Notes under the pieces: generated by a model | What the model was told of the DNA's origin: nothing | Database searches by the model: none | The model's input: only the letters and a program-made list of their open reading frames with translations | NCBI GenBank assembly: GCA_013239625.1 | Contig: MU053594.1 | Span: forward strand, 336,355 to 400,354 | Origin: Lama guanicoe | Taxonomy: Eukaryota | Direction of reading: 5' to 3' | Length of the DNA: 64,000 nucleotides | Position numbers and translations under genes: made by a program | Shown here: piece by piece, positions 1-11,974 of the stretch | Position numbering within the stretch: position 1 is the first letter of the stretch | Layout of the letters: every line of letters starts with the position of its first letter

Positions 1-270
1 TAGCCGGCCCCCTTGAATGCTAATCATCAGCTTCAAATAATTCACTTGTAAGATTTCTGGAAAGCAGACTGCGTTAGGAACTGACCTGTGAAGCACTTTC
101 AGGTGAAGAGAGATTTTAAAAAGATAAGAACACAATAGAATTACTCCTTTGCTTTCTTTGTTTGAATGAGTTACTCGCATACACTCTTACAGTGTTCTGG
201 GCGCTTTGATGAAAAGAGCTCTTCTTGCTTTGCTGAGTATACCATCCTTAGGATTATGAGAGAGCCACAC

Positions 271-548
271 ACATAGAAAACAAACTTCCGGTTACCAAAT
301 GGGGAAAGGGGCTGGAGGAGGGATGAATTAGGAGCTTGGGATTAGCAGATACAAACTATTATATGTAAAATGGATAAGCAACAAGGTCCTACTGTATAGC
401 ACAGGGAACTATATTCATTCTCATGTAATAAATCATACTGGAAAAGAACATGAAAAAGAATATATATACACAAACAATTGTATCACTCTGCTATACATGA
501 GAAACTGACACAACATTGTAAATCAATTAGACATCAATAAAAATAAAA
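271..548 (+). mobile_element. 5'-truncated L1 3' UTR (artiodactyl-type)
   Basis: Typical L1 3' UTR motifs (GGGATTAGCAGATACAAACTATT...AACAAGGTCCTACTGTATAGCACAGGGAACTATATTCA) ending in AATAAAAATAAAA. Confidence 0.8.
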
Positions 549-629
549 GAGTCGTACACCCATCTGAGAGGTTACAAGGAAAGAGAAGTCAGGTGTGTGG
601 TACTACTGAATACCTAACACTGATTAAAC

Positions 630-1150
630 AACTTGCTGTATGCCCAGCATGGGGCTAAAATCCCTTTACATGAATTGCCTCATCTAACTTCTACAAGAGC
701 ATTACGAGATAGGTACTCCACCACTCTGTGAGGAGTCACTTACAGGTGAGGGACTGTAGGCTTGGTGAGCGTGGTACTGCCCAAGGTCATACAGTTTGCA
801 AGGTGAAGAGGCCAGAATTTAAACAAGACTGATCTGGAGCCAAAGGCCAAGCTCTCACTCTGACACTACACTGACCTGGCTCCCTGAGAATATTAGGAAC
901 AGCAGTGAGCAATCCTTCAAAAGGAATTGTTGCATGGTATACATTACTGGGCAGAGACAGCCCTGTGAATTTCCGTGTATGTATGATTTCAGGTCAGCAA
1001 TATCTTAACATTTGCGTTGCCCATTACAATTTCGTAATGCTACCTTATTTGGTCTTCATGAACATACAAAATAAACAGTTAACTTACAGAGAACCAGGAT
1101 CTCTAAGGTAAATTGCCTTGCCCAGGGTCACGTGGCTGGTAAATAGTGCC
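630..1150. mobile_element. MIR fragments
   Basis: Degenerate MIR core motifs (TGCCCAAGGTCATACAG; TTGCCCAGGGTCACGTGGCTGGTAAATAG). Confidence 0.6.
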
Positions 1151-2480
1151 ACTGGAACTAAATGGTCCTCCCACCCCTGCACACTGCCTCCAGGGTGCAC
1201 CTGTGAACTGGGAGTTGGTTCAATGCTCTTATATTTACGAACCATCTTGATGTCAACCCAGTAAAAATCCCAAAGGGTGAATTTTTCTGCAACAAATGTT
1301 CTCGGTCAAGCAGTGATTATGAGACACTATTAAAATACTTTTTCTGCCACATTCAGAACAAAAATCAAGCATCATACAAAACATTAGAAAGAGAAATCAT
1401 TAAGGATTTCTTCTGTTTTCTAACCTTCATTTTTCTATTTTATCTTACTTAGTTTAATGTTCACAATTATTTTCTGCTAAGAAACCCATTTGGCATTTAA
1501 TGAAATTTCCTCTGTTTGCATTTTTATAATTAAGATATGCTTTTATCCTTTAAGTTCAACATCCAGGATTTTTATGCTTTAATGATAAGTGGCTATTTTT
1601 CTTCTCTACCCAATGAAAAAATCGTTTCCAGCTGCTTGGCTACCAAATTCCTTCCTCATCTCCATAATTGACTCATTCCACTTCCAGTTATATTTTAAAA
1701 CATGGAAATTCAGATACGAGCTCTAGGAGAACCCTCAAGAAAACGGGGTGCAGGGAAACACCAGCATAAACATAAATTTTTGATTTATGTATGTTTTCTA
1801 AGAATTAGTATCTTAACTCAAATGGTTCAATTCAGTAGAATTAATACTGGCAACACAGAAGTTTAGTTCCAGAAATTTAGAAAAAATATATATATATGTT
1901 AGTTTCTAAAGTATTTTTAAAGGGAATTGTACACTCAACTTGCAAGTTTATGGAGCTTGTCTTTAGAGATAAACTCTTCATTTATACAGACTTTGTGCAG
2001 CTGGAGGTAAAGCCCCTAACACCAAAATGACATCCAGGTGTCTGTAGCCATGACGGATCCAAGGAACTCTCCCTCTGGGCTACTAAAACCCAAGACTACT
2101 CTGGACAATAAAAATGTATTATTCAGATGTAAAAGTAAATCTGAAAAAGAATGCCCCAAACTCTCAATGTCAATTGTTGCAAAGAGAGCTTGATTTCCAG
2201 GGAAGCAGCAAGTTACCAAACAACTGTATCATTCTGGAGCAGATCTTCAGCTACGTGTAAAGCCCCACTGTGTGACCCTGTATGTAGATGCGTTTGTAAT
2301 TGTAGGAGCAAAGTCATCACAAACTGCTGGTCTCCGTGCAGCTTCACAGGACTGGCAATTTACAGACGGTGAATAGAAATGAACTCTCATGAGCGGTTAT
2401 AAGGCACAATGCAGGAGACCCGTGCCTCCAGCTTCCAGGAGTCAACAGTCAACGCCTGGCAGAATCTTTAAAGGACTCAC

Positions 2481-2520
2481 CTGAGGCAGCGGCCAGGACG
2501 AAGGGCCACAGAGGAGCCAT
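2481..2520 (-). CDS. HTR3B: HTR3B (5-HT3 receptor subunit B) first coding exon, signal peptide MAPLWPFVLAAAS-G; rest of gene outside the window
   Basis: Minus strand reads ATG GCT CCT CTG TGG CCC TTC GTC CTG GCC GCT GCC TCA G|GTGAGT (consensus donor, phase 1). Resembles recalled human MAPLWACILVAAG. HTR3B is the known divergent neighbour of USP28. Confidence 0.85.
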
Positions 2521-2750
2521 CCCACTTGCCAGTGTTCCCCGGGGCCCGTCCCGAAGATGAGAAACACAGACTTGCCTGTTGGATGGAATGCCACTCAATT
2601 TTTCCTGAAAGGGCGTCTTTGCACTCCGTTCTTCTCTTCTTGCCAGTTTATGCTGCCCTTGCTGGTGCTAGTTTGTAAACACTAAATGGGACCAAAGGCA
2701 ACACCAGCACCGCACAAATGTTTTGGAATCGATGCCACTGTGTTGCCCCT
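2521..2750 (-). promoter_or_regulatory. HTR3B: Putative HTR3B 5' UTR / proximal promoter
   Basis: Non-repetitive sequence directly upstream of the exon-1 ATG; no upstream ATG in the first ~150 nt; CATAAA TATA-like word near 2647-2652. TSS cannot be determined from sequence. Confidence 0.5.
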
Positions 2751-3599
2751 TAACTTCTCCATTTGGTCCTGCCCCCGGATCAGATCCTGGCCAGCATTTC
2801 AATTTCCCCGACAGGAGATAGCTAAGTGAATAATGTAATCTTAGAGGAGCCCCTAAGGAGGGGAAATTCCACACTAATATGATTTCCTTTACAGACTTTA
2901 CCTAAGGCAATGCTGTAGCTGACATTCAGGACACTAATTTCATTAATAATTGAGATTCAAATAGCTGTTCTAAATCAGACTTATGCGGTAACATCTTTGG
3001 CATTTGACAATGGTTATTAGACTCGAATTACACAAAGCTAATGGAAACCTGGTATTATCAAATGAAGAGCAACTGTTAACAGTGCAGTGGGAGGAGTGCT
3101 TTTTGTTTTTTCCCAAGTCCCTTTCACTAAAAGAAACATTGATTTTTGATAAACAGGAGTGCTCCGTAAATTTCCACTGCCCACTATTCAGAAAGTAACC
3201 ACATAAGAGAGTATGTGCCTATGCTTATTGAGGATGAGAACTACTAAAGTTTAACGTCATTCAATACAAAATTTTTTTTTCGCTTTTTGACTGGGCACCC
3301 ATTCACTCTTCATTATTAAGGGAAAAATGCCTCATTCTCCGTAACTCTATCTGCCACTGGTAGACTAGTAGATGCTCTAGAAACAAAAACTAAATTTCAT
3401 ACTGTTTCCAACATCTGCCTGCTTTATCGTATGAATTGAATGTAGAGGCACAGGTTTGAGATAAGTTTTCACAGGACAAATTGAGGGGGAAAGTATATAC
3501 CTGATCTCTGTTCTAATTATTTGGTCCCTTTGTTTGGAATCCATGAAGCTCTTTTTTTAATTTTCATCCACCAATGAAATGTAGCCTGACTGGTTTCCC

Positions 3600-5130
3600 A
3601 CTGTGGGTGAAGGGAGTTACACATATGGAAAAGGAGAGTAGAAGAAATCCTGTGATGTTGAGTTGGTTTTAGAAGTACTGATGTGAAACTCTTGATTTTC
3701 AATATATAGCTCAATATAGAAATAAATACAAATGTGAAATGAAATGTGTGTACACACGTTCATAAATGTGTATATATCCCTAGCTCTATCCACGAGAGGG
3801 TCTGGGAGCAGGGACACCCCAATGAGTACACCCAGCAGCCAGATCTTAGTCTCTAAATAACATACCTATTTACAAGGAAGAAAAGGAGGAATGAGTGATT
3901 CGAGGGCTGGGGCAGGAAACGTACAAGAAGAGCCTAAAACATCTCCATGTATCATTAAGTGAAGAAGACTAAACAGATGATGGGGACACACTAAAAGCAC
4001 ATAGCTTGAAGGGGCTCCCACTGGCCAAATGTGCGATGATTTGAGCATCATTGGTGATTCGAGCAAAATCAGTAACAGTGGCAAAGAATTATAACACACT
4101 AAATAGAAATAATAACCCACAAGTCCGTCCTGATTTAAATAAACAGATGAATGGGAAGAAGAGAAAGCTTTTCCCCTTGAATTAGAATGCCAGTTAATAA
4201 ATGTAGGAGGAATAATGGAATCTTCACGGTGATAATGAATTCACTCAAGAAACATCAGTGGGTGATAAAAACTAGTTGGCGGAAGTTTGATGAGGAATAC
4301 GACATCTACACAAAACACTTATTAATTACAAAGATTGAAAAAAAAATCTTCCAGTGGAGAAATCCGGCAGATAGCACCTTCATCAAACAATGAAAATTAG
4401 CATCACCAGTTATGGGAATTGTGCACCAGCAGACAGGAGGAACTGGGGAAATTCAGCCGCCCTCTGTTATCCTGCCAAAAATTCGTAACTTGAATCTATC
4501 CAGGAGAAAGCCCGTATCGTGGGACAGTCCACAAAATAGTAGGCAGGTAATCTTCAAAAGTGTCAAGGTTATGAAAGTTAAAGAGAAGACTGAGAAACTG
4601 TATCAAATGAAAGGAGATTAAAGAAATGGAGAAATGAGTGATTCAAGGGCTGGGGCAGGAAACGTACAAGAAGAGCCTAAAACATCTCCATGTATCATTA
4701 AGTGAAGAAGACTAAACAGATGATGGGGACACACTAAAAGCACATAGCTTGAAGGGGCTCCCACTGGCCCTGACTTGCTGACATGGCAGCTCAATGCAGT
4801 GTGTGATTCTGGAAAGGATCTTTTTGTTATAAAGAACATTTTGGGGGAAAATGGTGAAACTCAAATAGGGTCTGTGGATTAGATGGTACTAAGAGAGTGA
4901 TTCTGATTTCCTGGTTTTGATTGCACTGAGATTATTTAAAATAACATCATTGTTTGTAACAATAACATGCTAAGTACTCACAGGTAAAGGGCCATCATGG
5001 CAATATCCTCTCAGATGTCTGGGTCGGGTGGAGAGTTCTTTCTTTTTTATTTTTATTTTGTTTTGCTTTTTAGAGTTCTTTCCACCATGCTTCCAATTTT
5101 GCTGTGCATTTGAAAATATTTCAGAAGAAA
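3600..5130 (+). mobile_element. Old L1 (L1MC-like) 3' region
   Basis: Degenerate L1MC-type 3' motifs (AGGGCTGGGGCAGGAAA, GAAGGGGCTCCCACTGGCCAAAT, TCTTCAAAAGTGTCAAGGT). Confidence 0.65.
3878..4769 (+). repeat. 149-bp direct repeat (3878-4026 and 4621-4769)
   Basis: Base-by-base comparison: 146/149 identical. Confidence 0.95.
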
Positions 5131-7054
5131 AAGAAAAAAAATGAAATATAATCTGTAGAGGAAATACGCTATAAAATTAGGGAAAGTTTGAGATACACTC
5201 TTTAGAGAGTGGCCAAATAAATGGGGCTCCATCAAGAGCTAATTATGATCACCCAGGATCGATCTGGCCACGGAAGTCCCTTCACTTCCCATCAGCGCTC
5301 TGGATTGTTGGCTTCTACCTGTGAGCTGAATTAGGGCGGGAGAAAGGCAAGCTGCAGACAGCATAGCACTTTTTTATGGGCAGGGAACGAAGAAGCTTGC
5401 CTTTATGCAAAGGTTTAATCGGGATGATCATCAGCGTTACCTTCTTGCCACACATTTCAATAAGCCGTGGCTCTAAGTCAAACCTTCTGGGACATGCTTT
5501 GCCCTCCCTTCTGTCTCACCTTCTCATATGCCCATCTGTTCCTGGACGGCCACTGCTAATGATGTGTAATACAGGTACATTATGACCTTCATTAGCTAAT
5601 TTAATAGCAGCCTGCTGATCCCGCCCATTACAGCTCTTTATTGGCTGATGAAGTCGGCCAAGACGGGAAAGGTCTGTGTGAGTGACTTGTCTTCAAAGGA
5701 GTTTATGGACAGGTGCTTCCTGATCTTCCTGTGATGGCCCTGCTCTGCCCCACCAGGTGGCTCAGAGCTTTCTTTTCCCAACCTTACTGTCCTGCCGGGT
5801 TTAGTTTGTTAACTCGGTGACTTTGCATTTGGTACCCATCCCTTGCTCAACCTTTAATTTTCCATGAAAGCTGTCACTTCTCACTCCTTCAGTATAGCAC
5901 GTTTTAGTCACATTATATCTTACAATGTATTAGTCAAAGATTTCACCCCACCTTGGACATCTCTTTAGGAAGAGGGCCAGAACCCCATTCAGGCCCTTCA
6001 AGTAGATCAATGCATTAAAATAAAAAAATTGGAATTGTCAGGGGAGAAACATTCAGGCTTCTTAATTACCCCCTGGGAAAAAGAAACACTTATTTAAACT
6101 AAGGTCCAAATCTGCCATTCTCTGACAGCAGTTCAGGCCAGGCCTATCATTAAGAGAGTACCTAGAAATATATTTATTTCAGAAGTCCCCTCTCCACATT
6201 CCCATGAGCCCTTGCACTTTGTTTTCCCATTAGCTCCAAGTAAGATATGACACCTCTTAGATGGGCCAGTGTTTTGGAAGAAGCAGGGGAAGAGGGTTTA
6301 TTATGCAAACATAATAAGGAAGTGTTTATTATGCAAACAGCAACTGAGTTATGTGTCCTTTAAGACTACTAAATAGTTTTTAATTACTGCTATATCAGTA
6401 AATCCTATAAATATGCAAATGCAATTAGTTCACAAAACAGGCCTTAAATATCTTTATTCCTCTCCAACAAAGTTCTTTGAAGTTAATCGCTAACTCTCTT
6501 TGTTCATTCCCCTGGCAGTCGTGCTAAAATTGACAGGAATTTTGACAGATGTACATGTTCAGGGGGAACCAAATTTTCTGAGCACATCTGGTCAGGCTGG
6601 AGGAGAAAAACAGAAATGGACACTTGGGCCAAACTCAAGTCTTTACTGAATAGAATCCCATATGAAATGTCTTTTACTCCACAACATTGTCCTCTGAAAT
6701 AAATATCAAGATAACCGATTGGGTACTACTTCAAGTCCAAAGCCACACTCAACATTTGATTTTTTTTTCTGGCACAGAATTTCATTTTTAAAATTATAAT
6801 GGACATTTCCTGGCCCCTAAAAATAAACAAACAAATAAATAAATATGTCCCAAGTGTCTCCCAGGACTCTGGCCCTTCACTGGTTATGTGACAAGGTTTT
6901 CTACGAGCACCTAAGAGCTTAGGGTTCAGGCTTTTGGACATACCTCATTTTGTCTCCCAGCTCCATCACCTGCTAGGTGCTCATGGCCTTGGTCCAATTG
7001 CTTACTGTTTCTAAGCCTGAGTTTTCACATCTGTAAAAAGGGTATCATGGGCTC

Positions 7055-7200
7055 CGTTTAGTTTTCTATGGTTGCGTAACCAATTACCACACTCCTAGTG
7101 GCTTAAAACAGCTTGTCTGTGAGGTCACAGTTCTGGAGGTCAGAAGCCCCGGAACAGCAGGAATAATCTCTCTGCTCAGGGTCTCACAAGGCAGGAATTG
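7055..7200. mobile_element. MaLR (MLT1) LTR fragment
   Basis: TTAGTTTTCTATGGTTGCGTAACCAATTACCAC...AGTGGCTTAAAACA, GGGTCTCACAAGGC. Confidence 0.6.
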
Positions 7201-7202
7201 TG

Positions 7203-7385
7203 GCTGTATGCTGGAGCCGGCTCTTACAGCATCGAAAGGGCCAACTGTGCTCCTCCCCAACTGTGTTCAGTGACATCAGGTTAGGAGCTTGAAATCAGCC
7301 ACGATGGGAGCATTTGCCACATGGAAATCAACAAACACTACAAATCAGGGCCCCTCCCACCAGCTGGTGACTCAACATCCACTAG
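7203..7385. mobile_element. MER63A-like hAT DNA transposon
   Basis: TGCTGGAGCCGGCTC...TTCAGTGACATCAGGTTAGGAGCTTGAAATCAGCC...CTACAAATCAGGGC. Confidence 0.7.
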
Positions 7386-7399
7386 CACCCCAGGGCCCT

Positions 7400-8640
7400 C
7401 TCCTTGATCTTCCAAGGCTTCATGTTATATCTCCATTACAGCACTCATTCAAGTGTGCTGTGACTATCTGTACACTCTCCTCTCTTCTAGAACTCTGTGA
7501 ACTCCTTGAAGGTAAGGCACTGTATCTTATCTTTTTATCTCCAGCACAGAGCTTGGTACCTAGTGAGTGCTTGCTAAATGTTTGAGAAGGATGGAAGGAG
7601 GAGAGGGAGGAAGGAGTTAACAGATAGACAGAAAAGAATTTCGGTTAATGCAAGACAGTTGGCAGCAAGAAGGGCCTAGCTTGCTCACAAGCACCTCCAA
7701 TAGGCTATCCTTTCACCATGCATCTCACAAAGGATGAGGAAGATGACCTGGGTTCAGAGCAAGATGGTTTTATTTAGTTTGCTCCAGAACCAGCTAGCAA
7801 GTGCTGCAAAGGATAAACATGGCACACAGATGCAGGACGTCCATGCCTGATTCTCTCAGAGGGTGCCTAAAATTCAGGGCTCTTGTGGCTACCAGGAGTG
7901 AGATATCTCCCTGGAAGCCAGAGGATTACATAACTGTGGGCTTGCTGCTTCTGCATATGCCCTCAAGGACATCAGTGACAGGAAACTGCTCAGGCTGCAG
8001 GGTAAGAAAAATAGTCTTACTCAGAAAGCCATGCTGTCCAGGCCTTCTGCACAGGTCGTGAGCCTTGAAGTCTTGCTGTGCCAACACCAAGGAGTCTCTC
8101 CTGACCTGTGAATCCCGGCAGAGGCCAGGACTTTCCCATTTACGTTTGAGACGCCTGGATACGGTCCATCACAGTGGCCGTTAAGATATTCTGGTTTGGG
8201 TCTACATTTCTGGATATTTCTCTCTCTGCTGTAGACTCAAGATGAGACAAGGGCTTTGATCTTTCAGAGCTTGCTTCATTCATTCATTTGTTCATTCACT
8301 AATGTGGAGAATTGTGGTAGACACTGGGGATATAAAGATAAGAAAGTTCAAGGAACTTGGGGTGGACGTAATAGATAAGAAATACCTAGAATACGAGATA
8401 ATGCTAGCAGATGAGGGGACTGTGGATGATGCAAGTGGAAAAAATAAAAACGGAGTCCAGACGTGGGGTGAGGTGAGGAGAGACTTTTCATAAATGGCAT
8501 TTGTGTTGGGTAGAGACAGTCAGCGGGGCGAGGAGAGAGCTGGGCAAGCAGGAGGAACAGTGTGCAAAAAGGCTGGAAGGTGAGATGAAAGAGTGTGGTA
8601 CCTTCCAGGGGGCTGCAAGTCGCACTTCGTAAAATCAAGG
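7400..8640. mobile_element. L2 fragments (7400-7620 and 8270-8640)
   Basis: L2 3' motifs (TGTGAACTCCTTGAAGG...CCAGCACAGAGCTTGG; TTCATTCATTCATT...). Confidence 0.55.
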
Positions 8641-9401
8641 GGCAGATAATTTCAGATTCACATGAGTTAAGTGGATTAACAAGTTTGTGTTACAAAGTAT
8701 TGAGGGGAGAATAAAATAGAAAAGTGAACTACTATGGAAGTCTGTGTAAGTGGTGTTATTATAAAGCTGTCTCCAAATGGCCTGTAGCAATTATTCTAAA
8801 ATGCACAGCAGCTGTATTTGTCCCCTCTCTGCCATTGCTGAAATTTACACTGTCATTGCTCCAGGAGGAAGGCTTGGCACTAATAATAGGCTGGCTGGCT
8901 ATGGCTGGAGTGTGACAGACTTCTAGTTGGAGCCCTTCAAGACTGCAAGCAGAGTGGGAAAATGGAAAGCTCAGCAGAAACCAAAGTGAATGTACTCGGA
9001 GCGTCCCCTTGTGGCAGCTGTCATACCTGCAGCCCCAGAAAACTCCAAGCTGTTAACATTTTTATCACACGGTGCACTTTTGCATGAATCGAAAGTCATG
9101 CCCTGCCTCTATTCGTGTCACCACTCTTTTCTCTTTGCTCTAAATATCTCTCTTCAGATTCCCTGCACCAACCTGGCCAATCTGTCTCCATTCTGCTAAC
9201 AGCTGTCATCCAGTTCCTCCCTGCTTACTTCCTTCCTCTCTCTCCTCCAAACTCCTTGTTCCTGGGAGCTCCCAAGTTTCCCAGGGACTCAGTGACTTCT
9301 CAAGGGGGTAACTTCCCTACTCTGTTTCTAAGAGCAGGAATAAATAAAGCCTTGATGCTCCATATCTAAAAAGTTACAAACAGTATTACTGAAAGTCACA
9401 G

Positions 9402-9510
9402 AAAGTTTTGATATTATATATACTGAAAAATTGTACTGAACACTGGAATTTGACACAACACTGTAAAATGATTATGAATCAATAAAAATGTAAAAAAAGT
9501 TTTGATATTA
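9402..9510 (+). mobile_element. Very short L1 3' end with 15-bp TSD
   Basis: AAAGTTTTGATATTA at 9402-9416 and 9496-9510 flanks a 79-bp L1 tail (TTGACACAACACTGTAAAATGA...AATAAAAATG). Confidence 0.8.
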
Positions 9511-9541
9511 GACAGAAAGCATAAAATTCTGTAAAGCTGAC

Positions 9542-9950
9542 TGTCTTAGATTGGGTTTTCTTCAAACAGACCTGAGATGCGGATTTGTGAACAAGTGTTT
9601 ATTATCGAAGTGCTCACAATAGAAATAGCTGAGGAGAAACGATGGTTTGAGCCTGACGTTGACAGGGAAACCGACAGTGAAAGCTAGAGGTTTGTTCACT
9701 AGGAAGCCTGGCCGGCACGCGCACACCTGTCAGTCTTTGGCTTTGCGCCTGAGCGGGGAGGGGTGACAGGGAGTGAACTCGCTGGCATTTCCTGCTCTTT
9801 CCTTGGGCGGACAAAGCTTTAGAAGCCCAAGGGAAGTTCTATAAAAGTTCTAGGTGTTGGCCTTTGGAAGCAACAGCACACAGAAGCCGAGAGAGGGGAG
9901 CACAGAAATGCTAATGAGGGGTCTGAGAAGATCTGGGAAGACCACTGAAG
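9542..9950. mobile_element. MaLR (MLT1J/K-like) LTR
   Basis: TGTCTTAGATTGGGTT...CAGACCTGAGATGCGGATTTG...TTTATT start typical of MLT1. Confidence 0.55.
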
Positions 9951-10249
9951 GTTTCCACTGCAGGGTCAGCGAAGATTTATGGGAGGCACTAAGTTTATTT
10001 CTCCGGAAGACTTACATTCCAAGGACTCTGATGATCAACTTTTTCAGAGCCTCATCATACAGAAATACAAAAAGCTAACTTCATGCTACCCCTCCTGAGG
10101 GAAGCTCGTCTCCCCAAACTACTCAGTGATGGTTTTGCCACAAATTTTAGCAGAGGCACGTGGTCCCTAACTTGATCACATCTTTAAGAATAAGATATGA
10201 AATCATAAAATCTGAGGTCTAAATTATAATGATGTGAGATCTAAACAGT

Positions 10250-10460
10250 TTGCAATCCTGCCAGCACAAAAGAATCACTGGAGTGTTTAAAAACTTTAAA
10301 AATTAAAAAATAAATTAATTAATTAATAAAAACTTTAAAAATTAGCTGATCCCACCTCTACAGAGTCTGACTTTATGGTCAAAGGTGGGAACCAGGCACT
10401 GGCATGTTTTTGAAACTCCACAGGTGACTCTGATGTGCACCAGGTCTAAAAATCACAAGT
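10250..10460. mobile_element. MER5-like hAT-Charlie element
   Basis: AGAATCACTGGAG...CAGAGTCTGA...AAACTCCACAGGTGACTCTGATGTGCACCAGG. Confidence 0.6.
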
Positions 10461-11267
10461 TTAAATCAATGCAAATACATTCACTTGCAGATGGATGAGA
10501 TGAATTTGCCTTCATTGGGTTATTATTGAATTCCACTTTGATGCTTACAAAAGGAAACTGTTGGCATGTTTGCCCTGCCTATACTTTCCTTCGCTGCCTT
10601 TTTCTCCAGTTCCAGATGTGTACTGTTATCCCGCCCTCTCTGACCAAAGCCAGTAGGAAGAGGGATGGATATCTGGATCAAGTGGACCACGAGACTCTCT
10701 CCCAGAACTTGGACAGTAAGTCACCAACCACCATTTCCACCGAGAAGCAGAGAACGCTGGACTACTGAGAACGAGAGGAAGACAGACCTGTAGAGAGATC
10801 GAGGAGGGGAAACCACGTGCGGCAGCAGAGAGAGGAGTAATTTTGCTTCCTGTTGATGCAAGAACTCGGTTTCAGTGCTTGTGTGGCCCAGCTGCACTTC
10901 CAAGAGGTTGCTCTGTGGCCTCCAAAAAAGCCCTCCCGACCACTTTTGCTTAGAGTTGCTTTGTGCTGGTTTCCCTTACTTGCAACTAAAAAGGCTTTGA
11001 TAAAAGTTTGGCCAGGTACTAAGTTTGTGCCCCCAAATGTCCTTCCTCTGGGTAAAGTACGGACCCTGATGGTGTGTATACATTTCTGAGCTTGTATAGA
11101 ATCATTCTTCACCACCACGTCTGTCTTCGTCACTAAACTAGAGGCCCCTTGAGGGAAAGAGGCCACGCCCCAGTCTTCCAGCCGGCGTCGAGCAGGGCAA
11201 AGGGGAATGCTGAGTGGGTGATCGAGAAATAATTGCCGCATCTATTAGGCTGGTCAGACACAGTGTG

Positions 11268-11675
11268 TGTGCATCAGTTTGCCAGGGCCAGCACAACGAG
11301 ATACCAGACTGGGCGGCTCAACCAACGGAAATTTATTTGCTCCCAGTTCTGGAGGCTGGACGCCTAAGATGAAGGTGTCAGTTTCTTCCGAGGCCCCTCC
11401 CCTCGGTTTGTAGGCGGCTCCCTTCTCACTGTGTCCTCACGTGGTTGTCCCTTATTCTGTGTATTTCTATGTCCAAATCTTCTCTTAAGGATTGCAGTCG
11501 CACTGGACTAAGGGCCATCCCAATGATCCCATTTTAACTTAATTACCTCTTTAAAGGTGCTGACTCCACATACTTTCTGCATAGAAACATTCTGAGGCCC
11601 TGGGCAGGGGGGTGAGGGCAGTTAAGGCTTCAACATAGAAATGTGGGGGAGGGGGACACAATGCAGCCCATAGCA
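11268..11675. mobile_element. MLT1A-like solo LTR
   Basis: CCAGACTGGGCGGCTCAACCAACGGAAATTTATTT...AGTTCTGGAGGCTGG...TTAACTTAATTACCTCTTTAAAGG...GACACAATGCAGCCCATAGCA. Confidence 0.75.
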
Positions 11676-11974
11676 ACGTGTGTTCATTTATTTATTTATT
11701 CAAGTCATTTTATTGATTGTAATGCAACAGGCCTAATGTGATCCTTCAAACTAAAGACTCCTGGGTGCTCCATCCTTGCTAAATGTGCCAACTCCTTCAC
11801 ATTCTTAGTTTTTAACTCTTGAAGAATCTTAGAGATTGAATTAACTCCAAATTACGATTAGCCCTTGGACGAAAGCTAAGGCTGCAAACTTCAGAAAGGT
11901 AGGCAAGTTCCCAGCACACAATTTCTTATTATTAAAACCAGCATGGATATAATTTAAAATTTTTGTCTCTATTA

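Noticed and set aside
2016..2219. Minus ORF containing ATDT, resembling the start of HTR3B exon 2
   Set aside because: Similarity does not continue and there is no suitable acceptor; true exon 2 is probably outside the window
10762..11241. 159-aa minus-strand ORF (likewise 32010-32480 and 28271-28699)
   Set aside because: No recognisable protein similarity or exon structure, and partly overlaps repeat-derived sequence
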